The notes: generated by a model not told the origin, from the sequence alone. DNA of 64,000 bases from an uncultured Candidatus Saccharibacteria bacterium (GCA_964582295.1 CAZOQP010000002.1:8563-72562), one strand, 5' to 3'; shown: positions 8,863 to 17,943, counted from the first letter of the stretch. Numbers and translations: made by a program.

Positions 8863-9048
8863 TTACCTCTTTCTCAAGCCCTGAAATGAAAGGTAGGCAC
8901 CCAGGACTACTGCTACCCAGCTCGCTCCCATCGGGACAAGGGTGTCACCTAAAGCTAAAGGTACGCTTTGCACTATCCTCCACAGGTGGACAAGCGTCAC
9001 CAGAAGAAAAATAACGCCCGCAATCTTTACGAATGTTCTTTGTTCCAT
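8863..9048 (-). CDS. small two-TM hypothetical protein
   Basis: 61 aa hydrophobic ORF ending before the terminator. Confidence 0.6.
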   Translation of the reverse strand: MEQRTFVKIAGVIFLLVTLVHLWRIVQSVPLALGDTLVPMGASWVAVVLGAYLSFQGLRKR

Positions 9049-9063
9049 GATATTTATTTACTT

Positions 9064-9441
9064 CTATGAAAATATTATAGCAAGACAAAGGAGGACTCCT
9101 CCTGCAAAACCAGTGAATATGTCCAGGAGGGAATCGGGGAGTGTCGGGGCGTATATCATTATTTCCGGTATGAGCCGGTTCCAGCCGAATTCCCAAACTT
9201 CCCACAGAAAGCTTCCGAAAGTTGCGGCCGCCACGACGGAGAAATATTTTAAAGCAGCAGAGGAATATTCTGTGCGCCGTGTGAACCACAGAAAAAAACA
9301 TCCGAGCATTACACCGCTTATGATGTGAAGGATGATATCTGTGTACCAGAATGTGTAATAAAGCCCGAGATTTCTCGCCGCGAGGTGCCCCGCGGCGACC
9401 ACTATTGCGAGAATTATGCCTATATACAGATATCGGCGCAT
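9064..9441 (-). CDS. hypothetical membrane protein (H..SG / WE..E / D.L.D motifs)
   Basis: Probable start MRRYLYIG; TDIILHIISG, LWEVWEFG, DSLLDIFTG. Confidence 0.65.
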   Translation of the reverse strand: MRRYLYIGIILAIVVAAGHLAARNLGLYYTFWYTDIILHIISGVMLGCFFLWFTRRTEYSSAALKYFSVVAAATFGSFLWEVWEFGWNRLIPEIMIYAPTLPDSLLDIFTGFAGGVLLCLAIIFS

Positions 9442-9490
9442 ATATAAAATGGAGACGAGCTCCGAATACTTTTTTATCTTTAAAAAAATC

Positions 9491-9516
9491 AAACCCGCCA
9501 CTGGGGTGGCGGGTTT
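9491..9516 (-). terminator. intrinsic terminator
   Basis: AAACCCGCCAC-TGGG-GTGGCGGGTTT. Confidence 0.7.
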
Positions 9517-9529
9517 ATGTACAGAGCTT

Positions 9530-10306
9530 TCACTTTAGATATTGCAGTGCTTCCAAAAAGTAAGCACCTGCAAGGCTCCAGTCAACCGGGTCAAGTGAGT
9601 TTCCGCTCGGCCGGAGTTTGCCTTGAGCGTCAATGCTTATATCGGGAAACTCTTTCGCAAGAGGTCCGACCAAGTCCACCTTACCTGGTCCGAGTCCACC
9701 AGCTGCAACGAGGCCGATACCTGGGAACCTCTCTTGGATAGCTTGTGCGAATGGGAGAAGGAAGGGGGCATCCATACCTTTTCCTTTTCCTCCACTTTTA
9801 TCCAGAAGAACCCGATGAATTATTCCTTCGTAATCTTCCAGTTTCCTGACAACCAAGTCTCTGTCATTTCCTGCCGCATCAAGGGCCTTTTCTCCGACCT
9901 GGAGTATCACTTCTACCTTTTTACGGGATGTATGAACTCCATGTGCGACCTGGCCTGGATCAGGCCACGGCATGTCTAGTTGGATCGCATGGATATTGGT
10001 CCCGCCAAAGGTAATCGCCCTGGCAAGACTTCTCCACACTTCCGGGTCGCAACGGTCGTAATCTGCATAGTGGAGACAGTTGTAAACATTCTTTGAAGCG
10101 AAGATGCTGGCGATATGTTCCTTTGCCGGAAAAGCTTTTGACCACTTCGTATCCAGGCCATGAAGCGTTTTGTAGCTCATCATGACCCCGACATGAAGTA
10201 ATCTTTTGGAGCGATACGTGCGATGCATCTGGAAAATCTTGAGCATGGCCTGCACCTGCTCAAAACTTGTGAAATCGGTGATGCCGATATACGGTCGAAG
10301 GACCAT
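9530..10306 (-). CDS. TIM-barrel protein distantly resembling phosphoribosylanthranilate isomerase (TrpF-like)
   Basis: VLLDKSGGKGK, AAGGLGP, IDAQGKLR match TrpF-fold phosphate-binding motifs; AAGGAG before ATG 10306. Confidence 0.55.
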   Translation of the reverse strand: MVLRPYIGITDFTSFEQVQAMLKIFQMHRTYRSKRLLHVGVMMSYKTLHGLDTKWSKAFPAKEHIASIFASKNVYNCLHYADYDRCDPEVWRSLARAITFGGTNIHAIQLDMPWPDPGQVAHGVHTSRKKVEVILQVGEKALDAAGNDRDLVVRKLEDYEGIIHRVLLDKSGGKGKGMDAPFLLPFAQAIQERFPGIGLVAAGGLGPGKVDLVGPLAKEFPDISIDAQGKLRPSGNSLDPVDWSLAGAYFLEALQYLK

Positions 10307-10409
10307 CTTGCTCTCCTTGTTGAGTTCTGAATTCAATACTACCTATTTATATAAACATGTACAATGACCGAAGAGTTTTGTACAAAAGCATTCATCTATG
10401 GGAGGCACC

Positions 10410-10622
10410 ATGTTCGCATTCTTTCGCCGATTGTTCGGCAGGGCTCCGCGCAAACCGGAAACTGATACTGAAAGATTAAAAAGAATTGTGAAGGAATTCA
10501 TTCGCAGACAGCGAAGAGATAGAGACTCGCTTGAGCCGGCTTACAGAGTGGACGGTTGTCAGGTGGTAGTGGGGGAAGCGAGGCCTTTGGCAGACAACTT
10601 CAAAGGAAGTAACGAGATCTGA
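10410..10622 (+). CDS. small basic hypothetical protein
   Basis: GGAGG then ATG 10410 (MFAFFRRLFG); hairpin at 10632-10660 downstream. Confidence 0.5.
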   Translation: MFAFFRRLFGRAPRKPETDTERLKRIVKEFIRRQRRDRDSLEPAYRVDGCQVVVGEARPLADNFKGSNEI

Positions 10623-10721
10623 AGTAAAGAGACCCGACGAAACTTTAAGTTTCGTCGGGTTGTTTGTTTATAAAAAGAAAACCCGCCTCCGCAAGGATTT
10701 GGGTTTCCTTCGCGGGGCGGG

Positions 10722-10961
10722 CTATGAATGGCCATCCCCTTTGAAAATGCGAAGACAGAGGACCAACCTTTCCATGTCCGTTCTCGAGATGAATGGAGGG
10801 AGCACTATGCTAAAGGTGTCTGGTATCGGGCCCCTCTGCACTACGATCCACTCCTTGAGCTCGGTGCTTCGGAAACAGACACCATGTCCATCCTCCATTG
10901 AACGTCTTACCTGGCTTTCGAAAAGTACAGGCTCTCTTTCCTCGAAATCGATATATCCCAT
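10722..10961 (-). CDS. small hypothetical protein
   Basis: 79 aa, followed by CCCGCC..GGCGGG hairpin at 10682-10721. Confidence 0.5.
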   Translation of the reverse strand: MGYIDFEEREPVLFESQVRRSMEDGHGVCFRSTELKEWIVVQRGPIPDTFSIVLPPFISRTDMERLVLCLRIFKGDGHS

Positions 10962-10982
10962 ACATGCCTCGGCGAGTTAGAG

Positions 10983-11198
10983 TCATTGGGCGTCGTCAGC
11001 AGCGCATTCATTCGAGCAATAAATCGCTAACTGCGAAGGGGGTATGGGATTCATACACACTTCATTCTCACACAATCTGCCGTGCGGATGTCCATCAGGT
11101 AACCACCCATTGTCGCCACAAATTGAGCAACCATGCCCACCGCAACCGCCACACTGGACCGCATTGCTAGGGAAGTCCTTATTCCTTGGGATATCCAT
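10983..11198 (-). CDS. Cys-rich zinc-finger-like micro-protein
   Basis: CGGCGGHGCSICG..GW (DnaJ-like CxxCxGxG) plus C..C and YCS..C; GGAG upstream. Confidence 0.6.
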   Translation of the reverse strand: MDIPRNKDFPSNAVQCGGCGGHGCSICGDNGWLPDGHPHGRLCENEVCMNPIPPSQLAIYCSNECAADDAQ

Positions 11199-11282
11199 CG
11201 TGTCTCCATGTTCGGGTCCACGGTTATCTTACATATTTATCCAAAAAACTAAACCCGCCAACTGGATGGCGGGTTCGTTGGG

Positions 11283-11531
11283 TCAGTCTTGAGCTCTTTT
11301 TCTCTGCCAATTTTGCCATGCAAGAATCCACCAGCCGGAGGAAATAAGTATAAGACTTGCGAAGGTGAAATAGAGCCCGAGTGTCCAAATCACGAATACG
11401 TTGATGGTGAGAATAATCGCCGTCATAAGGCATGTTGCGAGGGCGGGCTTCTCACTACTTGTCATTGAGGGAATCAGGGCGACAAAAAACATTACCTGCC
11501 CAATCCCGAGTATCACATCTTGCCAAGTCAT
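11283..11531 (-). CDS. small three-TM protein (PQ-loop/SemiSWEET-like size)
   Basis: MTWQD..FFVALIPS..KPAL; terminator at 11251-11276. Confidence 0.6.
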   Translation of the reverse strand: MTWQDVILGIGQVMFFVALIPSMTSSEKPALATCLMTAIILTINVFVIWTLGLYFTFASLILISSGWWILAWQNWQRKRAQD

Positions 11532-11652
11532 GTCGCGCTCCGCTGATAGAGTTTAGAGAACGTCTGTTTTCAGAATGCTCTAATGACCGTTTATTGTCAA
11601 TTACTGGAAGCTAAAAATTGGAAACCGAGTCTCCAATTTTTGGCTGTTTTTC

Positions 11653-14295
11653 CTATGCGGGGCGGATCATGTGCTTGATCTGTGCCTTATCCGAATTACC
11701 TTGTCTGCTCCTAAAGAACCACTTTGCTATCTCTATCAGCCCAATGTTTAAGAGGCCGATCAATGCAACGCCGATCACCCAGATGACAGGTAACGCCACT
11801 GTGTTGAAAACCGTTTGCAGTCCGGGTAAATAGATGGCCAGGGCCATAAGAATAATCCCGACGAGGATACCGCCGTTAAGGTATTTGTTTGAGAACAGCG
11901 GATACGAAAAAATACTTCTGTCCAAACTTCGCACTGAAAGAGCAACCAGCAATGTGTATGTTCCGAACGCCGCAAAGATAAATGTGCGCACGATGGTCTC
12001 GTCGTAGCCGAGTCGCATCAGGGCGTAATAAACAACAAAGAGCAGGGCACTTGTGGAAATGCCAATAACAAGGATAAGGAATTTCATGACCGGATCGAAG
12101 AGTTTTATCTTGCCCCTGTTGAGTGGCTTGTGCGCGAGGCCGTCCGGTTCTTTCTCGAACGCATAAGACATGGCCGGAAAACTATCGGTAAAGAAATTCA
12201 CCCAAAGGATTTGCAGTGCATTAAGTGGTAATGGCAGTCCGGTCAAAAGTGATCCGCCAATAAGAATAAGGCCGTCGGTAACATTAGAGAGCAGGTATAC
12301 GAGCACCTTGCGGATGTTTCCGAGTATCTGCCTACCTTCCTCAATAGCCGCGACAATGGTCTCAAAATTATCATCCAGAAGCACCAAGTCAGCAACACTT
12401 TGTGCCACTTCCGTGCCTGAACCCATAGCTATGCCTACGTCGGCTTGTTTGATGCTTGGTGCGTCGTTTACTCCGTCGCCTGTCATAGCCACTACTTCTC
12501 CCATCTCTTGGTAAAGTTTGGCGATGCGAAGTTTGTCGAACGGCGTGACACGGGAAATAACAGAGAGTTCCGGCAGTCTTTCTCGCAGGGCTTCTTCGGA
12601 CATTTTTGCGAGTTCAGATGCATCTAGTACTGAATGATCACCAAGCTTCATGCCTATTTCTCGGGCAACAGCGAGAGCTGTTCCCCGATGGTCGCCGGTT
12701 AGGATAACTGTTTTAATTCCAGCGTAGCCAACTCTCTCTATGGCGTGCTTGATACCCGGCCGAATAGGATCACGGAATGTAATAAGTCCGTTCCATGATA
12801 GGTGAGATGGTGACAGGTCTTTTGAAAATGAAAAACTCTCTGTGTTAGTAATCTCTTTAGATGCAACGCCGAGGACTCTTTCTCCGGAGAGTGCCAGAGA
12901 ATCAATTTGCAGAAGCATCGCTTCTTTTTCTTTTGCGCCAAGCGATGAATGACCGAGCAGAATATCGGGCGCCCCAAAAAAGACGAGAAGATGTTTGCCC
13001 GATTCCTTGACTAAGGATGCAGAGAATTTTTGTACCGCATTAAACGGCATGCTTTGAAGAACGTGCTCTTTGGCAGTGATATCGGCAAACGTCATTCCTC
13101 TAAGGCCGGCCGAACGAACGAGAGCGGTCTCCATGATCCTGCCATTCATGTGCCACGATTCCGGATCGTCATGCGGATTTTCAATGAGGACATTTGCGTT
13201 CGTCAAAGCTCTATCGAAAAGCTTTTGCTCACTCAACTCAAAAGGGATGATCTTTGACAGCACCATCTTAGCCATCGTCAAGGTTCCGGTTTTATCGGTG
13301 AGTATGATAGTGGCACTACCGAGAGCTTCGGCCGCAACGAGTTTGCGTACTACACCTTTTCGCTTCGCCATTCTCTCCACGCCGACAGCAAGGATAACCG
13401 TCATGGAGATTGGCAGTCCTTCAGGAATAGCAGATACAGCAATAGCAACGGAAGTGAGAAACATCTCAAAACCGGAGTATCCAGCAAGGATACCGATGCC
13501 AAATACAATAAAGGTCAAAACACCGAGTGCGATACTTGAATAGATACTGAAGTTTATGATGGCCTTCTGAAGCGGAGTTTTTTCGTTCTCGGAGATAGCG
13601 ATGAGCGAAGCGATCTTGCCGAGCTCGGTGTTTGAATCTGTACGGCAGACTATGGCGGCACACACTCCTTGGGTGACAAGAGTTCCGGCAAAGATCATGG
13701 AATTCTGATCCGAGAGCCCGGCTGATTCAGGCGATTTATCTGTTGATTTTGATACAGGTAAAGATTCACCGGTAAGCACCGCTTCGTCTACCTGGAAGTC
13801 GTTAATAAACATAACCCGAGCATCCGCTGGTACACGGTCGCCTTGTGCTAGTCGGATGATGTCGCCGGGAACAAGCTCTTCCGCATCAATTTCCCGTTCT
13901 TTGCCATCCCGAATAACTCGTGCTCTTTGTTTGAGGTAGGTTTTAAGTTCCGAAAGCGCACGTTCCGCTTTATTCTCCTGATAGAAGCCCAAGAGGGAAT
14001 TGACGATAACTGCAATGAAAATAAAGGTTGCATCACGGTAGTGCGAAATAGAGAGTGTAATGATACCGGCAACAATAAGAACAAGGATGAGAGGGCTTTT
14101 TAACTGATTTAGAAATATTTTTAATCCAACCGCTTTTTTGGAAGTACTGATAGTATTTTTCCCAAAAACAGAAAGGCGATCCTTAACCTCTTGTGAGGAT
14201 AATCCTTTTTCTGCATCTGTTTCAAATAACCGTGCAGTTTCTTCGGATGATAGATGCCAGAAGTTTTTGTTTTGTATTTGCGTATTTATAAGCAT
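11653..14295 (-). CDS. P-type (P2) cation-transporting ATPase
   Basis: TGES, PEGL, DKTGTLT, TGD, GDGVND motifs. Confidence 0.95.
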   Translation of the reverse strand: MLINTQIQNKNFWHLSSEETARLFETDAEKGLSSQEVKDRLSVFGKNTISTSKKAVGLKIFLNQLKSPLILVLIVAGIITLSISHYRDATFIFIAVIVNSLLGFYQENKAERALSELKTYLKQRARVIRDGKEREIDAEELVPGDIIRLAQGDRVPADARVMFINDFQVDEAVLTGESLPVSKSTDKSPESAGLSDQNSMIFAGTLVTQGVCAAIVCRTDSNTELGKIASLIAISENEKTPLQKAIINFSIYSSIALGVLTFIVFGIGILAGYSGFEMFLTSVAIAVSAIPEGLPISMTVILAVGVERMAKRKGVVRKLVAAEALGSATIILTDKTGTLTMAKMVLSKIIPFELSEQKLFDRALTNANVLIENPHDDPESWHMNGRIMETALVRSAGLRGMTFADITAKEHVLQSMPFNAVQKFSASLVKESGKHLLVFFGAPDILLGHSSLGAKEKEAMLLQIDSLALSGERVLGVASKEITNTESFSFSKDLSPSHLSWNGLITFRDPIRPGIKHAIERVGYAGIKTVILTGDHRGTALAVAREIGMKLGDHSVLDASELAKMSEEALRERLPELSVISRVTPFDKLRIAKLYQEMGEVVAMTGDGVNDAPSIKQADVGIAMGSGTEVAQSVADLVLLDDNFETIVAAIEEGRQILGNIRKVLVYLLSNVTDGLILIGGSLLTGLPLPLNALQILWVNFFTDSFPAMSYAFEKEPDGLAHKPLNRGKIKLFDPVMKFLILVIGISTSALLFVVYYALMRLGYDETIVRTFIFAAFGTYTLLVALSVRSLDRSIFSYPLFSNKYLNGGILVGIILMALAIYLPGLQTVFNTVALPVIWVIGVALIGLLNIGLIEIAKWFFRSRQGNSDKAQIKHMIRPA

Positions 14296-14367
14296 TTTTT
14301 ATTTTTCTTGATGCGCTAAGAGCTTTAAGTGCCAGCTCCATGTTATGGATGATGATTAGAACCTGCT

Positions 14368-14535
14368 TTAGTCAGAATTTTTCTTCCTGCTCTTTACTAC
14401 ACCTACAATACCGAGAATAACTATGAAGAGTCCGAGCAATTGCCCTCCGGGGCTATCGTCAATTTCACCATATATAAATAGAAACACACCGAGCGGTATT
14501 GCCATAAAAAAGGACAGCAATCTAATCTTATTCAT
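14368..14535 (-). CDS. 55 aa two-TM micro-protein (not in ORF track)
   Basis: MNKIRLLSFFMAIPLGVFLFIYGEIDDSPGGQLLGLFIVILGIVGVVKSRKKNSD*. Confidence 0.55.
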   Translation of the reverse strand: MNKIRLLSFFMAIPLGVFLFIYGEIDDSPGGQLLGLFIVILGIVGVVKSRKKNSD

Positions 14536-14668
14536 ACAAAAATATTACCACGACTGTGTGATTAATTAACGGAAATTTGCTCCGACTGACTGCAATAGTA
14601 TAAAAAGAAACCGCCCGACCCAGAGAGCCAAGCGGCTTCTGGTCGGGCGGTGATATTACTCAAGAACT

Positions 14669-15748
14669 TTAGTTGTCGGCCCCTAGCGGAATCAACAATT
14701 TTTGACCAATCAGGATACGGTATGGCTTGGAGAGGCCATTGACTGCCGCGAGTCGCGCGACGGTGGTCCCGTACGCGTCAGCAAGTGTGGATAAATTATC
14801 ACCCCCAACCACAGCATGTTCTGCCACGGCAGAGATGAACAATCTGTCTCCTTCCCGGATTTCGTTCGGAGAGGAGAGGTTGTTTGCACTTTGAAGCTTG
14901 CGTGTGCTTACTCCATAGCGCTCGGCAATGAGGCTGAGCACCTCGCCGCGCTCCACTCGATGTACCAGCGCCGGAATTCGAAGCTCCTGACCAATGCGAA
15001 TCTGGTCTGAGCGCAGGCTGTTGACGCGTCGAATTGCTGCAACCGAGACGCCGTAGCGTTCGGCAATGAGCGAGAGTGCTTCGCCAGACCGAACGCGATG
15101 CGTAGTCCCAGCCGCCGACACAGGCACTGGCGTCCTAGCCGACGCGCGTACTGTTCCGGCTCGATCAGTTACCACCAATGGCCGACCGTTGAGCCGATTC
15201 ACATAGGCGGCGTACTGCTGCGGGTAAAGTGCCACGTGGTAATGTGGTGGTCTACGCTCGCGCGTCGCATTCAACACTCTTGCACCGTCAAGCGCGAGAA
15301 GTGTTCTCTCAAACCATGTCCTGCACTTGCCGGCTGGGGACAGTCGGAAGTCGACCGCCATTCCGGCCGGATGCACCGAGAGCGGGGAAGCATTGCCGGG
15401 CTGGCGACTGCGCGGCCTTGTGCCGCTGGTGACTACGAGCTTCTGCCTGCATACACTGCGATACTGCTTTGCCAACCGCTCGACAAAAAGCTTGACCTCC
15501 GGGCGTACATAGGGGAATGACACCCTGCCAATAGCGTAGTCTGCATTCCCTGGAAGCCGAACGAGAAGGCCGAGGCGCACAAACCTTGTCACTTCTGCCG
15601 TTGTTTCAAGCAGAGTGAAATCGTGCTCTATCGCGACACGGTGCTGCTCTAGCATTGCCGCGCGCGACCCAATTAAGGTCGCCTGCGCGGGAAGATTGCC
15701 AGCCCAGAAAAGGCAGAGCATGGCAACTGCAATAATGCGGTACAGCAT
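14669..15748 (-). CDS. secreted DUF5715/M15-like zinc peptidase domain plus three LysM domains
   Basis: Signal peptide; SVHPAGMAVDF (HxxxxxxD), PHYH; three LysM repeats; GGAGG SD; TTGACT-N17-TATACT promoter at 15823-15851. Confidence 0.8.
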   Translation of the reverse strand: MLYRIIAVAMLCLFWAGNLPAQATLIGSRAAMLEQHRVAIEHDFTLLETTAEVTRFVRLGLLVRLPGNADYAIGRVSFPYVRPEVKLFVERLAKQYRSVCRQKLVVTSGTRPRSRQPGNASPLSVHPAGMAVDFRLSPAGKCRTWFERTLLALDGARVLNATRERRPPHYHVALYPQQYAAYVNRLNGRPLVVTDRAGTVRASARTPVPVSAAGTTHRVRSGEALSLIAERYGVSVAAIRRVNSLRSDQIRIGQELRIPALVHRVERGEVLSLIAERYGVSTRKLQSANNLSSPNEIREGDRLFISAVAEHAVVGGDNLSTLADAYGTTVARLAAVNGLSKPYRILIGQKLLIPLGADN

Positions 15749-15960
15749 GTTCCACCTCCTAGGCGGTAAACGGTTAGTCAGCGTTTTTAGTTCCTAAATA
15801 ATCAAGGAACAGTACTTTTTTAAGTATAGCACCTTTTGATTAAAAAGTCAAGCACCTGTAATGGCTCCGATGATTGGACGAGTTCAGAACTCTCTAGTTG
15901 AGCAGTTCAGGACTCTTAATTGGGTAAATATAGCACAAGAGCTAGAGTTCAGCGGTCTCT

Positions 15961-16369
15961 CTAACCTAGTTTTAAGTAGGTAGTTAGGAAGTCTTTTTCT
16001 TCAACAGGATAGATTGTCAGCTCTGGTATCTTGCTAACTTCAACCCACTCAGGACTATAAGATTGCTTTTCATCCTTGTTATTCGCTTCTACGCTATCTT
16101 TATGAAGCTGTGCTTCGCCTGAGACATATTCACATAGAAATAATGAGTGCTTATCTCCTCTAGGGTCTATAAATTCAAGAAGGTTGTCTTTGAGGTTCGC
16201 TTCTACTGAAGTCTCTTCCTGCAATTCTCTAAGAACCGCTTGATTTAACTCTTCTCCTTCTTCTACTCCGCCACCAGGCAAATACCCAATACTCCTCTCC
16301 ATTATTGAAACGGTGCATCATCAAAAGTTTACCCTCTCTCAATACGACTGCAGTTGCCCGTGTCCTCAT
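15961..16369 (-). pseudogene. Nudix hydrolase interrupted by a 1-nt frameshift
   Basis: ATG 16369 frame MRTRATAVVLREGKLLMMHRFNNGEEYWV shifts near 16280 into PGGGVEEGEELNQAVLRELQEETS (Nudix box). Confidence 0.75.
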
Positions 16370-16788
16370 TGGAAGTACTTTTCAAGCACATCAAAATAAT
16401 CACTTCCATCATCCACCTCTTTATAATCGTTTTTATCAACCCATCTAAAGTTGTTGTGTTCTTCACTTAAAGAAACTTCACCAGAAAGATATTTAGTCTT
16501 AAAAGCAACCAAATAAACGACCTTTGGATAATTTCGGTGGCTTTTAGGGAACTCGTGATACCAAACAGCAAAGGGATTGAAAACTTCTATCTCAAGACCT
16601 GTTTCTTCTCTAACCTCTCTTTGAAGAGCGGTAATTAGACTAGAAGCATCAGCATCCTTTGCCTCATCTTCTTGAATTTTCCCTCCAGGGAAATCTAGTC
16701 CTTCTACTGGGTCAAACAACACTAGGACCTTTCCGTCTTTTTCAATGAAAGCTTTTTGACCAACACAGAACAAGGCATCATTTTTCAT
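16366..16788 (-). CDS. Nudix hydrolase
   Basis: FPGGKIQE...ALQREVREETGL, LSEEH..FRWV. Confidence 0.9.
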   Translation of the reverse strand: MKNDALFCVGQKAFIEKDGKVLVLFDPVEGLDFPGGKIQEDEAKDADASSLITALQREVREETGLEIEVFNPFAVWYHEFPKSHRNYPKVVYLVAFKTKYLSGEVSLSEEHNNFRWVDKNDYKEVDDGSDYFDVLEKYFQ

Positions 16789-17108
16789 ATAAGTTTAAAA
16801 TCTATCATCTTAATAGGCGTATCTAATGAGACCTTATCTCCATAATAACCCCTGTAGTGGTTAAGCATATCTTCTTGGTCCTTATATCCTTCGTGCCCAA
16901 CAAAATCGCTGTCTTCCAGCTCTCCAAGCTTCTTTTCCTTGACCTCAGTTATCTTTCCCTTAGCGAACTCTTCTCCTGTTTCCTTATTAAGCATTAGGAA
17001 GTCATCTCCAACACCAAGACCCTTATCGTCGAACAGTCTCCATGTCGAGGTCTTTTCCCCCGACAGTATCTTTGGAATTAGATGTGGCTTAAACTTCAGA
17101 GTTTTCAT
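16785..17108 (-). CDS. ASCH domain protein
   Basis: LKF....IPKILSGEKTSTWR (GxKxxTxR ASCH signature). Confidence 0.8.
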   Translation of the reverse strand: MKTLKFKPHLIPKILSGEKTSTWRLFDDKGLGVGDDFLMLNKETGEEFAKGKITEVKEKKLGELEDSDFVGHEGYKDQEDMLNHYRGYYGDKVSLDTPIKMIDFKLI

Positions 17109-17112
17109 TAAT

Positions 17113-17463
17113 TCAACGCTTAATACCTAGCCTTACTATGGACTTGAAAGAATCAAGTATTTTTCGGTAGATATCCAAAATAAAATTAAAAACAATAATA
17201 AAAAAATAAAAACACATTGATAGTATATAGAATTTGCCTATTGGAGATTTAATTGTTAAATAAATTATACCCGCAATCGGAAATCCATATTTTAGAATGA
17301 AAAGCACTACTACTTTTAGTCTAGAAACTATCTTTTTTGGGTCTGGGTTGTATGTCGTAAAAATTCTGTCAAAAAATGATTTACTAAAGGGCGCAACTAT
17401 CCCGCTGACTATAAAAGTAAAAACTAGAAATATAATTGTTTGTTTATCCATAATAATATACAA
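17113..17463 (-). CDS. AT-rich hypothetical membrane protein
   Basis: 116 aa, 3 TMs, very low GC, immediately downstream of tRNA-Asn. Confidence 0.5.
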   Translation of the reverse strand: MYIIMDKQTIIFLVFTFIVSGIVAPFSKSFFDRIFTTYNPDPKKIVSRLKVVVLFILKYGFPIAGIIYLTIKSPIGKFYILSMCFYFFIIVFNFILDIYRKILDSFKSIVRLGIKR

Positions 17464-17502
17464 ATTTTAATCTAATTTTTAACAGGGTTAAAAAATTAAT
17501 AG

Positions 17503-17574
17503 CTCCCCGGGTAGGATTCGAACCTACGACCAATCGCTTAACAGGCGACTGCGCTACCGCTGCGCCACCGGGGA
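17503..17574 (-). tRNA. tRNA-Asn(GTT)
   Basis: TCCCCGG acceptor stem, anticodon arm TCGC-CT GTT AA-GCGA, GGTTCGAATCC T-arm; CCA not encoded. Confidence 0.95.
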
Positions 17575-17810
17575 ATATTTTTTATGAACTGTCTTCCGCG
17601 ATAACTTTTTAGAGATTTTTCCCTCTTTAATGCGGAAGCTCTGTCGCTATAAACTTCTGAATATATGACTATCCATAAACCGTCATATTGGGAAGTGTAG
17701 CCCTTAAACTTATGTTCGTTATGAAGATCTAATCTTTGGTCTAAATCCTTTGTTTGGCCAATGTAGATCTTATTGTGTTTAGCGTTATGGATTGCGTAAA
17801 CAGTAAACAT
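17538..17810 (-). CDS. small GIY-YIG nuclease; C-terminus overlaps the tRNA-Asn 5' half
   Basis: VYAI..IYIGQT.DL..RL..HN...YT...SALKREK.LK. Confidence 0.9.
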   Translation of the reverse strand: MFTVYAIHNAKHNKIYIGQTKDLDQRLDLHNEHKFKGYTSQYDGLWIVIYSEVYSDRASALKREKSLKSYRGRQFIKNIPRWRSGSAVAC

Positions 17811-17827
17811 TTCAATTTACTTATGGA

Positions 17828-17872
17828 ACTGCGCTACCTCCGCCAGCTGGCGGAGCGCCACCGGGGGAATAT
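17828..17872 (-). repeat. duplicated 5' fragment of tRNA-Asn carrying a 16-bp palindrome in the D-loop
   Basis: ATATTCCCCCGGTGGCGC-TCCGCCAGCTGGCGGA-GGTAGCGCAGT versus tRNA ATATTCCCCGGTGGCGC-AGC-GGTAGCGCAGT. Confidence 0.9.
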
Positions 17873-17943
17873 GTTCTCTTGTGGAGAACAGGGGAAATGA
17901 TAGCAAAAAGGGTAGTTTTTTCACAGCGCGCTAAAATGGAAAG

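Noticed and set aside
17503-17872. Group I intron splitting tRNA-Asn
   Set aside because: The downstream tRNA is complete by itself and the intervening DNA is nearly all ORF, leaving no room for a ribozyme core
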